This document shows positions 28,898 through 36,864 of a stretch of DNA of 64,000 nt, piece after piece (the first letter of the stretch is position 1; each line of letters opens with the position of its first letter). The notes beneath the pieces are model-generated. The model saw only the letters and a program-made list of their open reading frames with translations. It ran no database searches and was not told the origin of the DNA. This DNA comes from Candidatus Nomurabacteria bacterium (GTDB taxonomy: Bacteria; Patescibacteriota; Minisyncoccia; Phycocordibacterales; UBA9973): positions 1,597 through 65,596 of the forward strand of contig JAIOPO010000004.1 of NCBI GenBank assembly GCA_021413905.1. The letters are read 5' to 3'. Made by a program: the position numbers and the translations under genes.

Positions 28898-29963
28898 GGC
28901 TCATTCTGGCAAAAATCTTATCTTTTTCAATATCATTCAAAAATTCCATTATACAAACAGCAAAAGGAATAGCGAGTATTAAGCCCCACACTCCACCCAA
29001 ATCAAAACCGATCAACACTGCCAAAATCACAACCAAAGGAGACAAGCCGATAACTTTTCGCACTATTAAAGGAGCTAAAAGATAAACTTCAAATTGATGA
29101 ATTATTAAATATGCTCCGGCAACCATCAATGAACTGGACAATCCTCCGGACAAATACGCCAAAGCTATTGCAGGAATCATTGCTATTAAAAATCCATAAG
29201 GGACGAGTTCCACAATACCTGTCAAAATTGCAAGTAAAAATGCATATTGTATGCCAAGCAAAGACAAAACCAAATAAACCAAAATACCCACAAGTAAACC
29301 AAGCAACATTTGTCCCTTTATCCAAAGGGCTATCTTTCTGCGTGAGCGTTCCCACAAATCCACTGCATAATTTTCATGTTTAGCCGGCACAACAATACGT
29401 AAGAAATTCTCTATACCCTTTTCTTGAATAGATAAATAAAAAGAAATTATTATAATCATACCGACATTGAACAAACTTCCGAAAGCAACGGACAATGTTT
29501 GGAAAAATCCTCCGGAAAGATTTGAAATGAAAGCTTTTGAAGTTGCAAGCAATGTGCCAAGAGAAAAATTATGAGAAAGAGTATTTACAATATTTTTTGC
29601 TCCGGAGAAAGCATCATTTTGAAAGAAATCCAAGAAATTCGCATCTGGAATATATGATTCTAAAAATACTGAAAAATTATATATTTCAGTTATGAGCAAT
29701 GGAGCGAAAAGATAAAACAAACCCGCTAAAAATAAAATGGAAATAACATACAAAATAACAACAGTGGAAACTCTGCCAATACCTATCTTTTTAAATCTTG
29801 AAACAGCAGATTCCATAAAAGAAGCTATAACTATCGAGGTCAAAAAGACTAAAACAATATCTCTCAAGAAATATATTAAAAAGAAACCCAAACCCACTAA
29901 TACAGCACGAATCATTGTATTGGTAGATATGGACACATTTATATTTTTGTCTTTTTCTTGCAT
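28887..29963 (-). CDS. AI-2E family transporter (PerM-like permease)
   Basis: 358 aa and polytopic, with the characteristic C-terminal region LVELVPYGFLIAMIPAIALA...PLVVILAVLIG. Confidence 0.82.
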   Translation of the reverse strand: MQEKDKNINVSISTNTMIRAVLVGLGFFLIYFLRDIVLVFLTSIVIASFMESAVSRFKKIGIGRVSTVVILYVISILFLAGLFYLFAPLLITEIYNFSVFLESYIPDANFLDFFQNDAFSGAKNIVNTLSHNFSLGTLLATSKAFISNLSGGFFQTLSVAFGSLFNVGMIIIISFYLSIQEKGIENFLRIVVPAKHENYAVDLWERSRRKIALWIKGQMLLGLLVGILVYLVLSLLGIQYAFLLAILTGIVELVPYGFLIAMIPAIALAYLSGGLSSSLMVAGAYLIIHQFEVYLLAPLIVRKVIGLSPLVVILAVLIGFDLGGVWGLILAIPFAVCIMEFLNDIEKDKIFARMSHEK

Positions 29964-29985
29964 TTATACATTGTAACACTAAACA

Positions 29986-31254
29986 CTAAACTTTCAAAAA
30001 AGGCAGAAATTCTTTACTGTCATTAAATGGACCAATAAGAGCAAGATTTAATTTGTCATTTTTAAATATTTCTCTAGCCATATCACGCACTTGTTTTGGG
30101 GTCACCATCTTTATTTTTTTTGCTTTTTCTTCAGCTGATTCTATTTTCTTTAAAAGTATTTCTTGTCCTCCGTAAAAATTGGCAATATCATCTGTGGCTT
30201 CCAAACCCATTTTCATACCGGAAATAAAAATCTCTTTTACTTTATTTAATTCTTTTTCTGAAACAAGTTCATCTTTTAATTTTGAACATTCTTCCAATAT
30301 CGCAGTGATGACTTCTTTGACACGCTTATTGTCCACACCAGAAGAAATCTGAAATACTCCGTGGTCAGTATACGGGTCTGTATTTGCGCGAACATAATAA
30401 CAAACTCCCATTTCTTCGCGAAGTTTATAAAAAAGTCTGGAGCTCATCCCTGCACCCAAAACACCGGACAATACGGACAGTATTGCATTTTTTTTGTTAA
30501 AAATATCAAATGCGCGAAAACCTAAAACAAAATGTGTTTGATCTGTGGCTTTATGTTTTATTTTAATATTTGGCTTATCTTGTTTTTCAATTGTCTTTAT
30601 TTTTCCAAATTTTTTATCATTCTTTAAATCACCAAAAGCTTTTTTAATTTCCTGCATCATTTCTTTTTCAGATACTCCCCCTGCGACGACCACCGTTGTG
30701 GCTTTTGGAACATATTGTTCTTTTTTATATTTAACAAAATCATCGCGTTTCATTTTTTTAATATTCTCAATCGGACCGGCAATATTCCAACCCGCAGGCT
30801 GATCTCCATACAATACTTCCATAAGCATGTCTTGCACATGACGCATTGGTAAATCTTCATACATATTTATTTCTTCTATTATCACTCCTTTTTCTTTTTC
30901 CATTTCAGTTTCTGGAAAAGTGGAATTCAAATAAATATCAGAAACTACATCAAAAATTTTCTTGAAATGTTTCACATCACTTTTTGCATAATAACCTGTA
31001 TATTCTTGGCCGGTAAAAGCATTGTATTGCGCTCCCATAGTGTCTAACTCTGTAGAAATATCACGCGCAGTCGGACGCTTTACAGTACCCTTGAAACACA
31101 TATGTTCCAAAAAATGTGATAAACCGTTTAACTCTCGAGTCTCATATTTGGAACCTGTTTCCACCAACACCAAAGCTGTCACCGTCGGGCTTTCTTTCAT
31201 TGGTATTGTAATAACTCGTAACCCATTCTTTAAAATTGTTTTTTTAGCTTTCAT
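29986..31254 (-). CDS. M16-family zinc peptidase (insulinase/pitrilysin-like)
   Basis: It carries the inverted zinc motif HFLEHMCFKG (HxxEH) near the N-terminus. The 422-aa length is typical. Confidence 0.9.
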   Translation of the reverse strand: MKAKKTILKNGLRVITIPMKESPTVTALVLVETGSKYETRELNGLSHFLEHMCFKGTVKRPTARDISTELDTMGAQYNAFTGQEYTGYYAKSDVKHFKKIFDVVSDIYLNSTFPETEMEKEKGVIIEEINMYEDLPMRHVQDMLMEVLYGDQPAGWNIAGPIENIKKMKRDDFVKYKKEQYVPKATTVVVAGGVSEKEMMQEIKKAFGDLKNDKKFGKIKTIEKQDKPNIKIKHKATDQTHFVLGFRAFDIFNKKNAILSVLSGVLGAGMSSRLFYKLREEMGVCYYVRANTDPYTDHGVFQISSGVDNKRVKEVITAILEECSKLKDELVSEKELNKVKEIFISGMKMGLEATDDIANFYGGQEILLKKIESAEEKAKKIKMVTPKQVRDMAREIFKNDKLNLALIGPFNDSKEFLPFLKV

Positions 31255-31264
31255 GCCTTTTATA

Positions 31265-31762
31265 TTAGCACATTTTTGAAAGTGTTTCTTTTATCTCTTT
31301 ATTATTATGAACAATGAAAACTTGTTTTGTATCTTTATAGCTTTCAGCTAAGACAAGCATTTCTTTGTTTGGCCATAGGAGAATGTATTTTATTAAATCA
31401 AAACTAATCTTTTGTTTTGCTCCATCTGGTTTATCAAATGGCTTATCTGTATTAAAAATTCTTACAAAAGCTCTCCATACACATCTCCACTTTGGAAAAT
31501 CAAAAAATATAATTACATCAGCTCTTTCTAATCTACTAGGAAGAGTTTTTTTATAATTACCATCAATAATCCATTTGTCTTGTTTTACAAATGGCTCTAC
31601 TGCATTTTTAAATTCCATTTTTGTGGAATATACTTCTTTCCAGTCTTTAGTCCAGTACAATTTATCAAGATGCACCACTGGTAAATCTAATTTCTTTCCA
31701 AGCTCATTTGCCAATGTAGACTTCCCTGATCCAGATACTCCAAAAATAGTTATTCGATCCAT
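31265..31762 (-). CDS. P-loop NMP-kinase-like protein (adenylate kinase / topology-modulation FlaR-like family)
   Basis: It has Walker A (IFGVSGSGKSTLA) and a length of about 165 aa. Confidence 0.65.
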   Translation of the reverse strand: MDRITIFGVSGSGKSTLANELGKKLDLPVVHLDKLYWTKDWKEVYSTKMEFKNAVEPFVKQDKWIIDGNYKKTLPSRLERADVIIFFDFPKWRCVWRAFVRIFNTDKPFDKPDGAKQKISFDLIKYILLWPNKEMLVLAESYKDTKQVFIVHNNKEIKETLSKMC

Positions 31763-31795
31763 AAAATTATTCTATCACAGAATTCCAATAACTCA

Positions 31796-31815
31796 ATCTA
31801 CGCCATGGCGTAGAT
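31796..31815. repeat. Perfect 20-bp palindrome ATCTACGCCATGGCGTAGAT (copy 1)
   Basis: The sequence is self-complementary as read. It lies between the Cas2-like gene stop (31823) and the kinase-like gene promoter. Confidence 0.9.
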
Positions 31816-31822
31816 ATAAAAT

Positions 31823-32200
31823 CTACATACTACTCTTTTTTGTATCATAAGGTTTAGCTAATTTAAAAGTTTTAAAGTTATCCCCTATTTTTATTTCTTT
31901 CAAATAGCTCGTAAAATCTTTCGGTAAGGGTGAAGGTCCTACCCAAACACTTTTTTGAATCATTACATAACCGAACTTAATTAAATGCCTACGAAACCAA
32001 TCGCGTTCTTTCTTTTGCTCACTAGGAATGTCGTACATGATGATTAAATTTTTTACAGAATCTTTTTGAAAAGGTGACAAAAAAGAGCCAAGATAAAGCC
32101 GCTTTGGATTTTTTATTATTGAATTTTTCTTTTCGCTAATTAAAATGGGTAAACCAAAAGAATTTACTTTTACACCTTTATAATATTTAGACATGAACAT
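31823..32200 (-). CDS. Small Cas2-like / PaaX-central-domain-like protein (orphan)
   Basis: The segment NLIIMYDIPSEQKKERDWFRRHLIKFGYVMIQKSVWVG follows the Cas2 ferredoxin-fold pattern (hydrophobic-YDI ... helix ... G-x-x-x-Q-x-SV). The window holds no CRISPR array and no other cas gene. The start may be the second ATG (32194). Confidence 0.4.
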   Translation of the reverse strand: MFMSKYYKGVKVNSFGLPILISEKKNSIIKNPKRLYLGSFLSPFQKDSVKNLIIMYDIPSEQKKERDWFRRHLIKFGYVMIQKSVWVGPSPLPKDFTSYLKEIKIGDNFKTFKLAKPYDTKKSSM

Positions 32201-32218
32201 ATTATACCACCAAAATTC

Positions 32219-32238
32219 ATCTACGCCATGGCTGAGAT
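32219..32238. repeat. Near-identical copy of the 20-bp palindrome (ATCTACGCCATGGCTGAGAT; GT to TG swap)
   Basis: Direct comparison with 31796-31815. This copy sits immediately upstream of the extended -10 (TGGTATAAT, 32209-32201) of the Cas2-like gene. Confidence 0.85.
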
Positions 32239-32288
32239 GTAAGAAAAGTTATTCTTTCTATTCGAAATAAAAGCTTTTAGTTGATTAT

Positions 32289-32933
32289 TTAATAACTAAA
32301 GTCTTGTATCTTTAAAAATACAAGATTATCTTTTTTATTATCGTCATAAAAACCATTTATAAATTTCTCGAAAACATCCCATTCTTTATGGTATCCATAA
32401 ATAAATTTATTATATTGTTTTAAATATTTTGGCAAAAATTTCATAAACGCAAATTCAGAAAGAATATAATGAGTTCCAATTTGAATATCACTTAATTCAA
32501 TACTTTTCTTTTTAAAAGGATTTTCTATCAAAACATTTTTTGTTGCTTGATTTATATCTTTTTCAAAGTCTTTATTTGTAAAATATAAATTTTTAACGTA
32601 ATTATATTCTTTTTTATAATCATTATTATTTTCAATATTTTCTTTTTGCCAATCAAAAACTAGAATATGACTTTCATTAAGATTTTGATTTTTAATAGAT
32701 CTTTTTACTCTATTTTTAAAATTATTACCTTGAGGAATTGCTTTTTTACCACGTGCAATATTTTCTGAATAACCAAGAGCTAGGTATGTTGAAATTGCTG
32801 GAACATCTGGAATAAATATTCCTAAATTTAAATACTCATCTGAATATTTTTTTAATATCCTATCAATAACCTCTTGTTTAAAGTAGCCATTACCAGGACT
32901 CATCCCTATAACTAAAAAATCTTCTACGTTCAT
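32289..32933 (-). CDS. tRNA-dependent cyclodipeptide synthase (CDPS), NYH-type
   Basis: FLVIGMSPGNGYF matches the CDPS catalytic-Ser motif (G-[IM]-S-P-x-N-x-[YF]-F). HYILSEFAFM matches the Y-x-x-x-E motif. YGYHKEW matches the Y-H pair of the NYH subfamily. The roughly 215-aa length is typical. Confidence 0.8.
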   Translation of the reverse strand: MNVEDFLVIGMSPGNGYFKQEVIDRILKKYSDEYLNLGIFIPDVPAISTYLALGYSENIARGKKAIPQGNNFKNRVKRSIKNQNLNESHILVFDWQKENIENNNDYKKEYNYVKNLYFTNKDFEKDINQATKNVLIENPFKKKSIELSDIQIGTHYILSEFAFMKFLPKYLKQYNKFIYGYHKEWDVFEKFINGFYDDNKKDNLVFLKIQDFSY

Positions 32934-32935
32934 TT

Positions 32936-34264
32936 CTAATTCAATTTATTTTTTATATAAGAAATTAATTCAGAAATTTTTATTCTTTCTTGGTTTCCGG
33001 TATCTCGATCGCGGATAGTCACAGTATCCAAAAGCTCTGGATTTTCACCAAGGGTGTCGAAGTCGATGACGATGCACCACGGCGTGCCGATTTCGTCTTG
33101 TCGGCGATAACGCTTGCCGATGTTGCCATTGTCATCCCAAGCCACACGGCCGAATTCTTTTTTTAACATAGAAAATACTTCCCTACTTTTTGATACTAAT
33201 TCTGGTTTATTTTTCAACAGTGGAGACACAGCACAAAGCACAGGGGCAATTTGTGGACGAAGTTTTAAATATATACGAACTTCTCCACCCATTTCATCTT
33301 CAGTATATGCAGATAATAATATAGCTAATAATGCCCTCTCTACACCAAATGAAGGCTCTATCACATGTGGAGTAATCTTTTCGCTGTTCTCCTCGTCTAC
33401 ATATTCAAGCTTGTGTATCTTCAAATCAAAATCTCCTCGATATGCAAGACCGAAAAGCTCTTTTCGGCCAAAAGGATAATCAAACTCAAAATCTACTGTG
33501 CGTTTTGAGTAGTGTGCCAAATCTTCTGATACTACTTCAAGCTCGTGTACTTTATTCATATCAATACCCACGCTACTCATCCATAAATGCATTTCATTTT
33601 TCAATTCATTAAAAGCATTTTCCCAATTATTTTCTCGTACAAAATATTCTATTTCCATTTGCTCAAATTCACGAGAACGAAAAATAAAATCTCTGGGTGT
33701 AATTTCATTTCTAAAAGCTTTACCAATTTGAGCAATACCAAATGGAATCTTTGGATGATGTGTGTCCACAATGTTTTTAAAATTCACAAATATTCCTTGT
33801 GCAGTCTCTGGGCGAAGATATGAAATAGCAGAGGAATCTTCTGAGGCTCCCACTTTTGTTTGAAACATCATATTGAATTGGCGAGCTTCCCCTAGTTTGC
33901 CTCCACAATCAGCACAATTATTTTTATCTTCAATTTGATCTATTCGAAAACGATGCTGACATTTTTCACATTCTACCATTGGATCTGCAAAATGCTCCGC
34001 ATGTCCGGTAGCTTGCCACACTTCTTGACGCATCAAGATTGCAGCACGAATACCATACATATCTTCACGATTAGAAACAAATTTTTCCCACCAAGAATTT
34101 TTTATATTATTTAAAATTTCATTTCCAAAATGCCCATAATCCCAAGTGCCCGCAAATCCCCCGTAAATTTCAGAACCCGGAAAAATAAAACCGCGTCTCT
34201 TACAAAGACTCACTATTTTTTCCATTAACTCACTTTCTTCTTTTTTATTTTCTTTATTAGACAT
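32936..34264 (-). CDS. glyQS: Glycyl-tRNA synthetase (class II, homodimeric GlyQS type)
   Basis: Supporting segments are RRGFIFPGSEIYGGFAGTWDYG, the class II motifs (FRNEITPR, GVERALLAIL) and the C-terminal anticodon-binding domain. Confidence 0.95.
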   Translation of the reverse strand: MSNKENKKEESELMEKIVSLCKRRGFIFPGSEIYGGFAGTWDYGHFGNEILNNIKNSWWEKFVSNREDMYGIRAAILMRQEVWQATGHAEHFADPMVECEKCQHRFRIDQIEDKNNCADCGGKLGEARQFNMMFQTKVGASEDSSAISYLRPETAQGIFVNFKNIVDTHHPKIPFGIAQIGKAFRNEITPRDFIFRSREFEQMEIEYFVRENNWENAFNELKNEMHLWMSSVGIDMNKVHELEVVSEDLAHYSKRTVDFEFDYPFGRKELFGLAYRGDFDLKIHKLEYVDEENSEKITPHVIEPSFGVERALLAILLSAYTEDEMGGEVRIYLKLRPQIAPVLCAVSPLLKNKPELVSKSREVFSMLKKEFGRVAWDDNGNIGKRYRRQDEIGTPWCIVIDFDTLGENPELLDTVTIRDRDTGNQERIKISELISYIKNKLN

Positions 34265-34276
34265 ATTTATATTAAA

Positions 34277-36217
34277 TTATTGTATAACAGTATTGGACCC
34301 TGCCGAAGCATTCGAATCATTTGATAAACTTATATTAAGCGTGCCTTTATTGACCTGTATATTCACATTAGCAAAATCATCGTGTCCCGTCAAAACGAGA
34401 TTATTTACCAATGTCGGAGATGTAGCCACTTGAGAAGAAGAAGGAGTAAATGCTAATTGAAAAGATATTTCTCTATCGGCTTCTGTAATACCAGTTCCGC
34501 GTGGAATACCGCCGATATTCCAAACTAAATCATGAGTTGAAGGATTGTAATTCAAATCTTCATTTGCCGGAGAAATACTTCCGACAAATCTGACCCATGG
34601 TGGCAATGTCGTCATGAGTTGAGCTTTGGAAATATTGTTGGCTGTATTTGAAAGAGTCCAGACTACTGTATAGGTAGTCTCTTGTCCGACTTTCGGAGGA
34701 ATGGGTCCATTATTTTTAAATGAACCGGAATAATACAAAATTTTATTTGCAATACCTAAATCAGAAGTGATACGAATTATTTTTGATTCAGAATTATTTA
34801 ATTGTTGCAATACATTGCCTTCTACAGCTTGTTTGCCATTTATAGAAACATCGATATTTACAGTGGGTGAATTTGCAATACTCCCTGCAGAAAATAAAGA
34901 TATTGGAGAAAATGAAAAAGACAAAGCACCAGACGCTCCGGGTTCTACTTCAGACAAAGTACTATCAGCATTTTTATCCCAAATAATAGTATTTTGATTT
35001 GAATCATAAAATCCACCTTGTGTATTTATGGTTTTCCTATTCACAGCATTGCCGGAAATCTTTGCGACAATTTGCAAATCATTTACTTTTGTAGGTAAAT
35101 TATTTACCCAATTTATTTGTCCTTGTATTGGTGTTTTAGAATCCACTGCGTATTCTCTTTGGTATACTCCATTTATAAAAAGCTGAGCATCGATAAATGG
35201 TTTTTTGATATTTATAGTATGACCTAAAGAATTAAATACAATACCTATCAAAGTCTTGTCATTGTCAGCTTGTGAACCACTCCAAACATGAAAAGTTTTA
35301 TCTTCACCATCGGAAACATCGGACATTTTGCCTAAAATTGTAATATTGCTTTCTGCTCCTGGAGCCAAATCACCCAAAGACCAAACGTTATTACCAAAAG
35401 AAGGCATCGGTATTGCTTTATCAAATTGAAAACCAATAGGATAATCCACTCTTAACAACATTTTATTTACTGTTTTTGTTGAATTGAGAGTCGCTTTTAT
35501 ATTCAAAGTAATATCTTGATTCGGACTTGCTTCTGTCGGCGCATCTATGGATAAATTAATCGGGGCTGAACTTATAGACACAGGATAATCTTTTTCTTTT
35601 ACGAAAATAGCATTGGAGCCTTCGACCCTGTATTCAATTGAAATCTTTACTGGTTGAATACTGTCTTGTTCTCCAAACAAAACTATTTTTGTATTTTCAG
35701 TATGAACAGATCCGGCTGATACCGTTCCGATTGATTGACGCAAATGCGACATATTTCCGGAAGCATCACTGGAGCCTTTTGGATAATCAATAACGAGATC
35801 CACTAATTGCAAATCGGCATTATTTCTATTTGTTATTTCTATTTGCAAAGGCAATTCTTCCCCACCGGCAGTAAAAGTATTTCCCAAAACAGCAATATCT
35901 ATATTGTCATTCGACACTGTATTTCCGCCAAAGAAAAAAGAATACGAAGCAAATAACATAGCCAATATAAAAAAACCTATCGAGAACATAAAGAATTTCT
36001 TGAACATTGAAGTTTTCATAAAAAATTTATTCATAGTATTTTCTTGTTTTTCCGTAGCCCAAACATCAGGCACGTCTATTTCTTTTGATTCTGAAAAACT
36101 CGTATGATATGGGTCGTGCACTTTATAACCCTTGCTAAACAATCTGACTTTCATCTCTTCAAGTCTATTTAATTTACCTTTATCATTTTCTAACATCTGA
36201 TAATTATACCATTTCAA
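34277..36217 (-). CDS. Large membrane-anchored protein with repeated beta-sandwich ectodomains (hypothetical)
   Basis: 646 aa. A short cytoplasmic N-terminus is followed by one TM helix (FFMFSIGFFILAMLFASYSFFF) and a long extracytoplasmic region with CARDB/DUF11-like character. Confidence 0.55.
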   Translation of the reverse strand: MKWYNYQMLENDKGKLNRLEEMKVRLFSKGYKVHDPYHTSFSESKEIDVPDVWATEKQENTMNKFFMKTSMFKKFFMFSIGFFILAMLFASYSFFFGGNTVSNDNIDIAVLGNTFTAGGEELPLQIEITNRNNADLQLVDLVIDYPKGSSDASGNMSHLRQSIGTVSAGSVHTENTKIVLFGEQDSIQPVKISIEYRVEGSNAIFVKEKDYPVSISSAPINLSIDAPTEASPNQDITLNIKATLNSTKTVNKMLLRVDYPIGFQFDKAIPMPSFGNNVWSLGDLAPGAESNITILGKMSDVSDGEDKTFHVWSGSQADNDKTLIGIVFNSLGHTINIKKPFIDAQLFINGVYQREYAVDSKTPIQGQINWVNNLPTKVNDLQIVAKISGNAVNRKTINTQGGFYDSNQNTIIWDKNADSTLSEVEPGASGALSFSFSPISLFSAGSIANSPTVNIDVSINGKQAVEGNVLQQLNNSESKIIRITSDLGIANKILYYSGSFKNNGPIPPKVGQETTYTVVWTLSNTANNISKAQLMTTLPPWVRFVGSISPANEDLNYNPSTHDLVWNIGGIPRGTGITEADREISFQLAFTPSSSQVATSPTLVNNLVLTGHDDFANVNIQVNKGTLNISLSNDSNASAGSNTVIQ

Positions 36218-36238
36218 ACAAAATTTTAAAATGTCTTT

Positions 36239-36820
36239 TTACAAATGTGTTTCTTTTAAAGCACGATTTATTTCATTTAATATTTTCAAACGATTTTTAC
36301 CCATTTCAAAAATCAAATCTTCTTCAAATGGTGATTTTGTGAATTTTCCAAAATCATCCCCCGCTCCGACATAACCTAAATTATTTAGAATACGCAATAC
36401 CATGACAGATTCTATATTTTTTATTTCTTCTTTATTTTCAGCTTTTTCCAAAACCGAAAAACCTGAAATCAAATCGGTAAACAAAATATCATTTTTTTCT
36501 TCTCCCGCCAACAGGCGTTTCAGTAAACGCGCAATATTAAAAATTATTGCGAAAGTATCCGGATTTCTAGAAAGATTCTCTAGAGCATTTGTTTTCGATG
36601 CACTAGTCAAACGCCAAAAATCTTTACCCCGCACGAGGTCGAGTTTGATATAAGAAAAATCCTGCAAAACATAACGAAGTTTCGAAGACATTTTTCGCAC
36701 ACCTTGCGCAGATGCAAAAATCATCCCTAAATCACGCGTAAAAATGTAATAACATTTCCCCGCCTCGCCATAATTCTTGCTTCCCAATATTATTCCCTCC
36801 GTGTGATAAATGTGATGCAT
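36239..36820 (-). CDS. recO: DNA repair protein RecO (short form)
   Basis: The N-terminal OB-fold pattern TEGIILGSKNYGEAGKCYYIFTRDLGMIFASAQGVRK is typical of RecO. Confidence 0.75.
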   Translation of the reverse strand: MHHIYHTEGIILGSKNYGEAGKCYYIFTRDLGMIFASAQGVRKMSSKLRYVLQDFSYIKLDLVRGKDFWRLTSASKTNALENLSRNPDTFAIIFNIARLLKRLLAGEEKNDILFTDLISGFSVLEKAENKEEIKNIESVMVLRILNNLGYVGAGDDFGKFTKSPFEEDLIFEMGKNRLKILNEINRALKETHL

Positions 36821-36864
36821 AAAATTAAACTAAACCTTTCCTAAAGGGAAAGATTTTCATACCT

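Noticed and set aside
31823-32200. The Cas2-like ORF could be evidence of a CRISPR-Cas locus.
   Set aside because: I found no array of regularly spaced direct repeats anywhere in the window and no cas1 or effector genes. The two 20-bp palindromes are about 400 bp apart with a gene between them, so they are not a CRISPR array.
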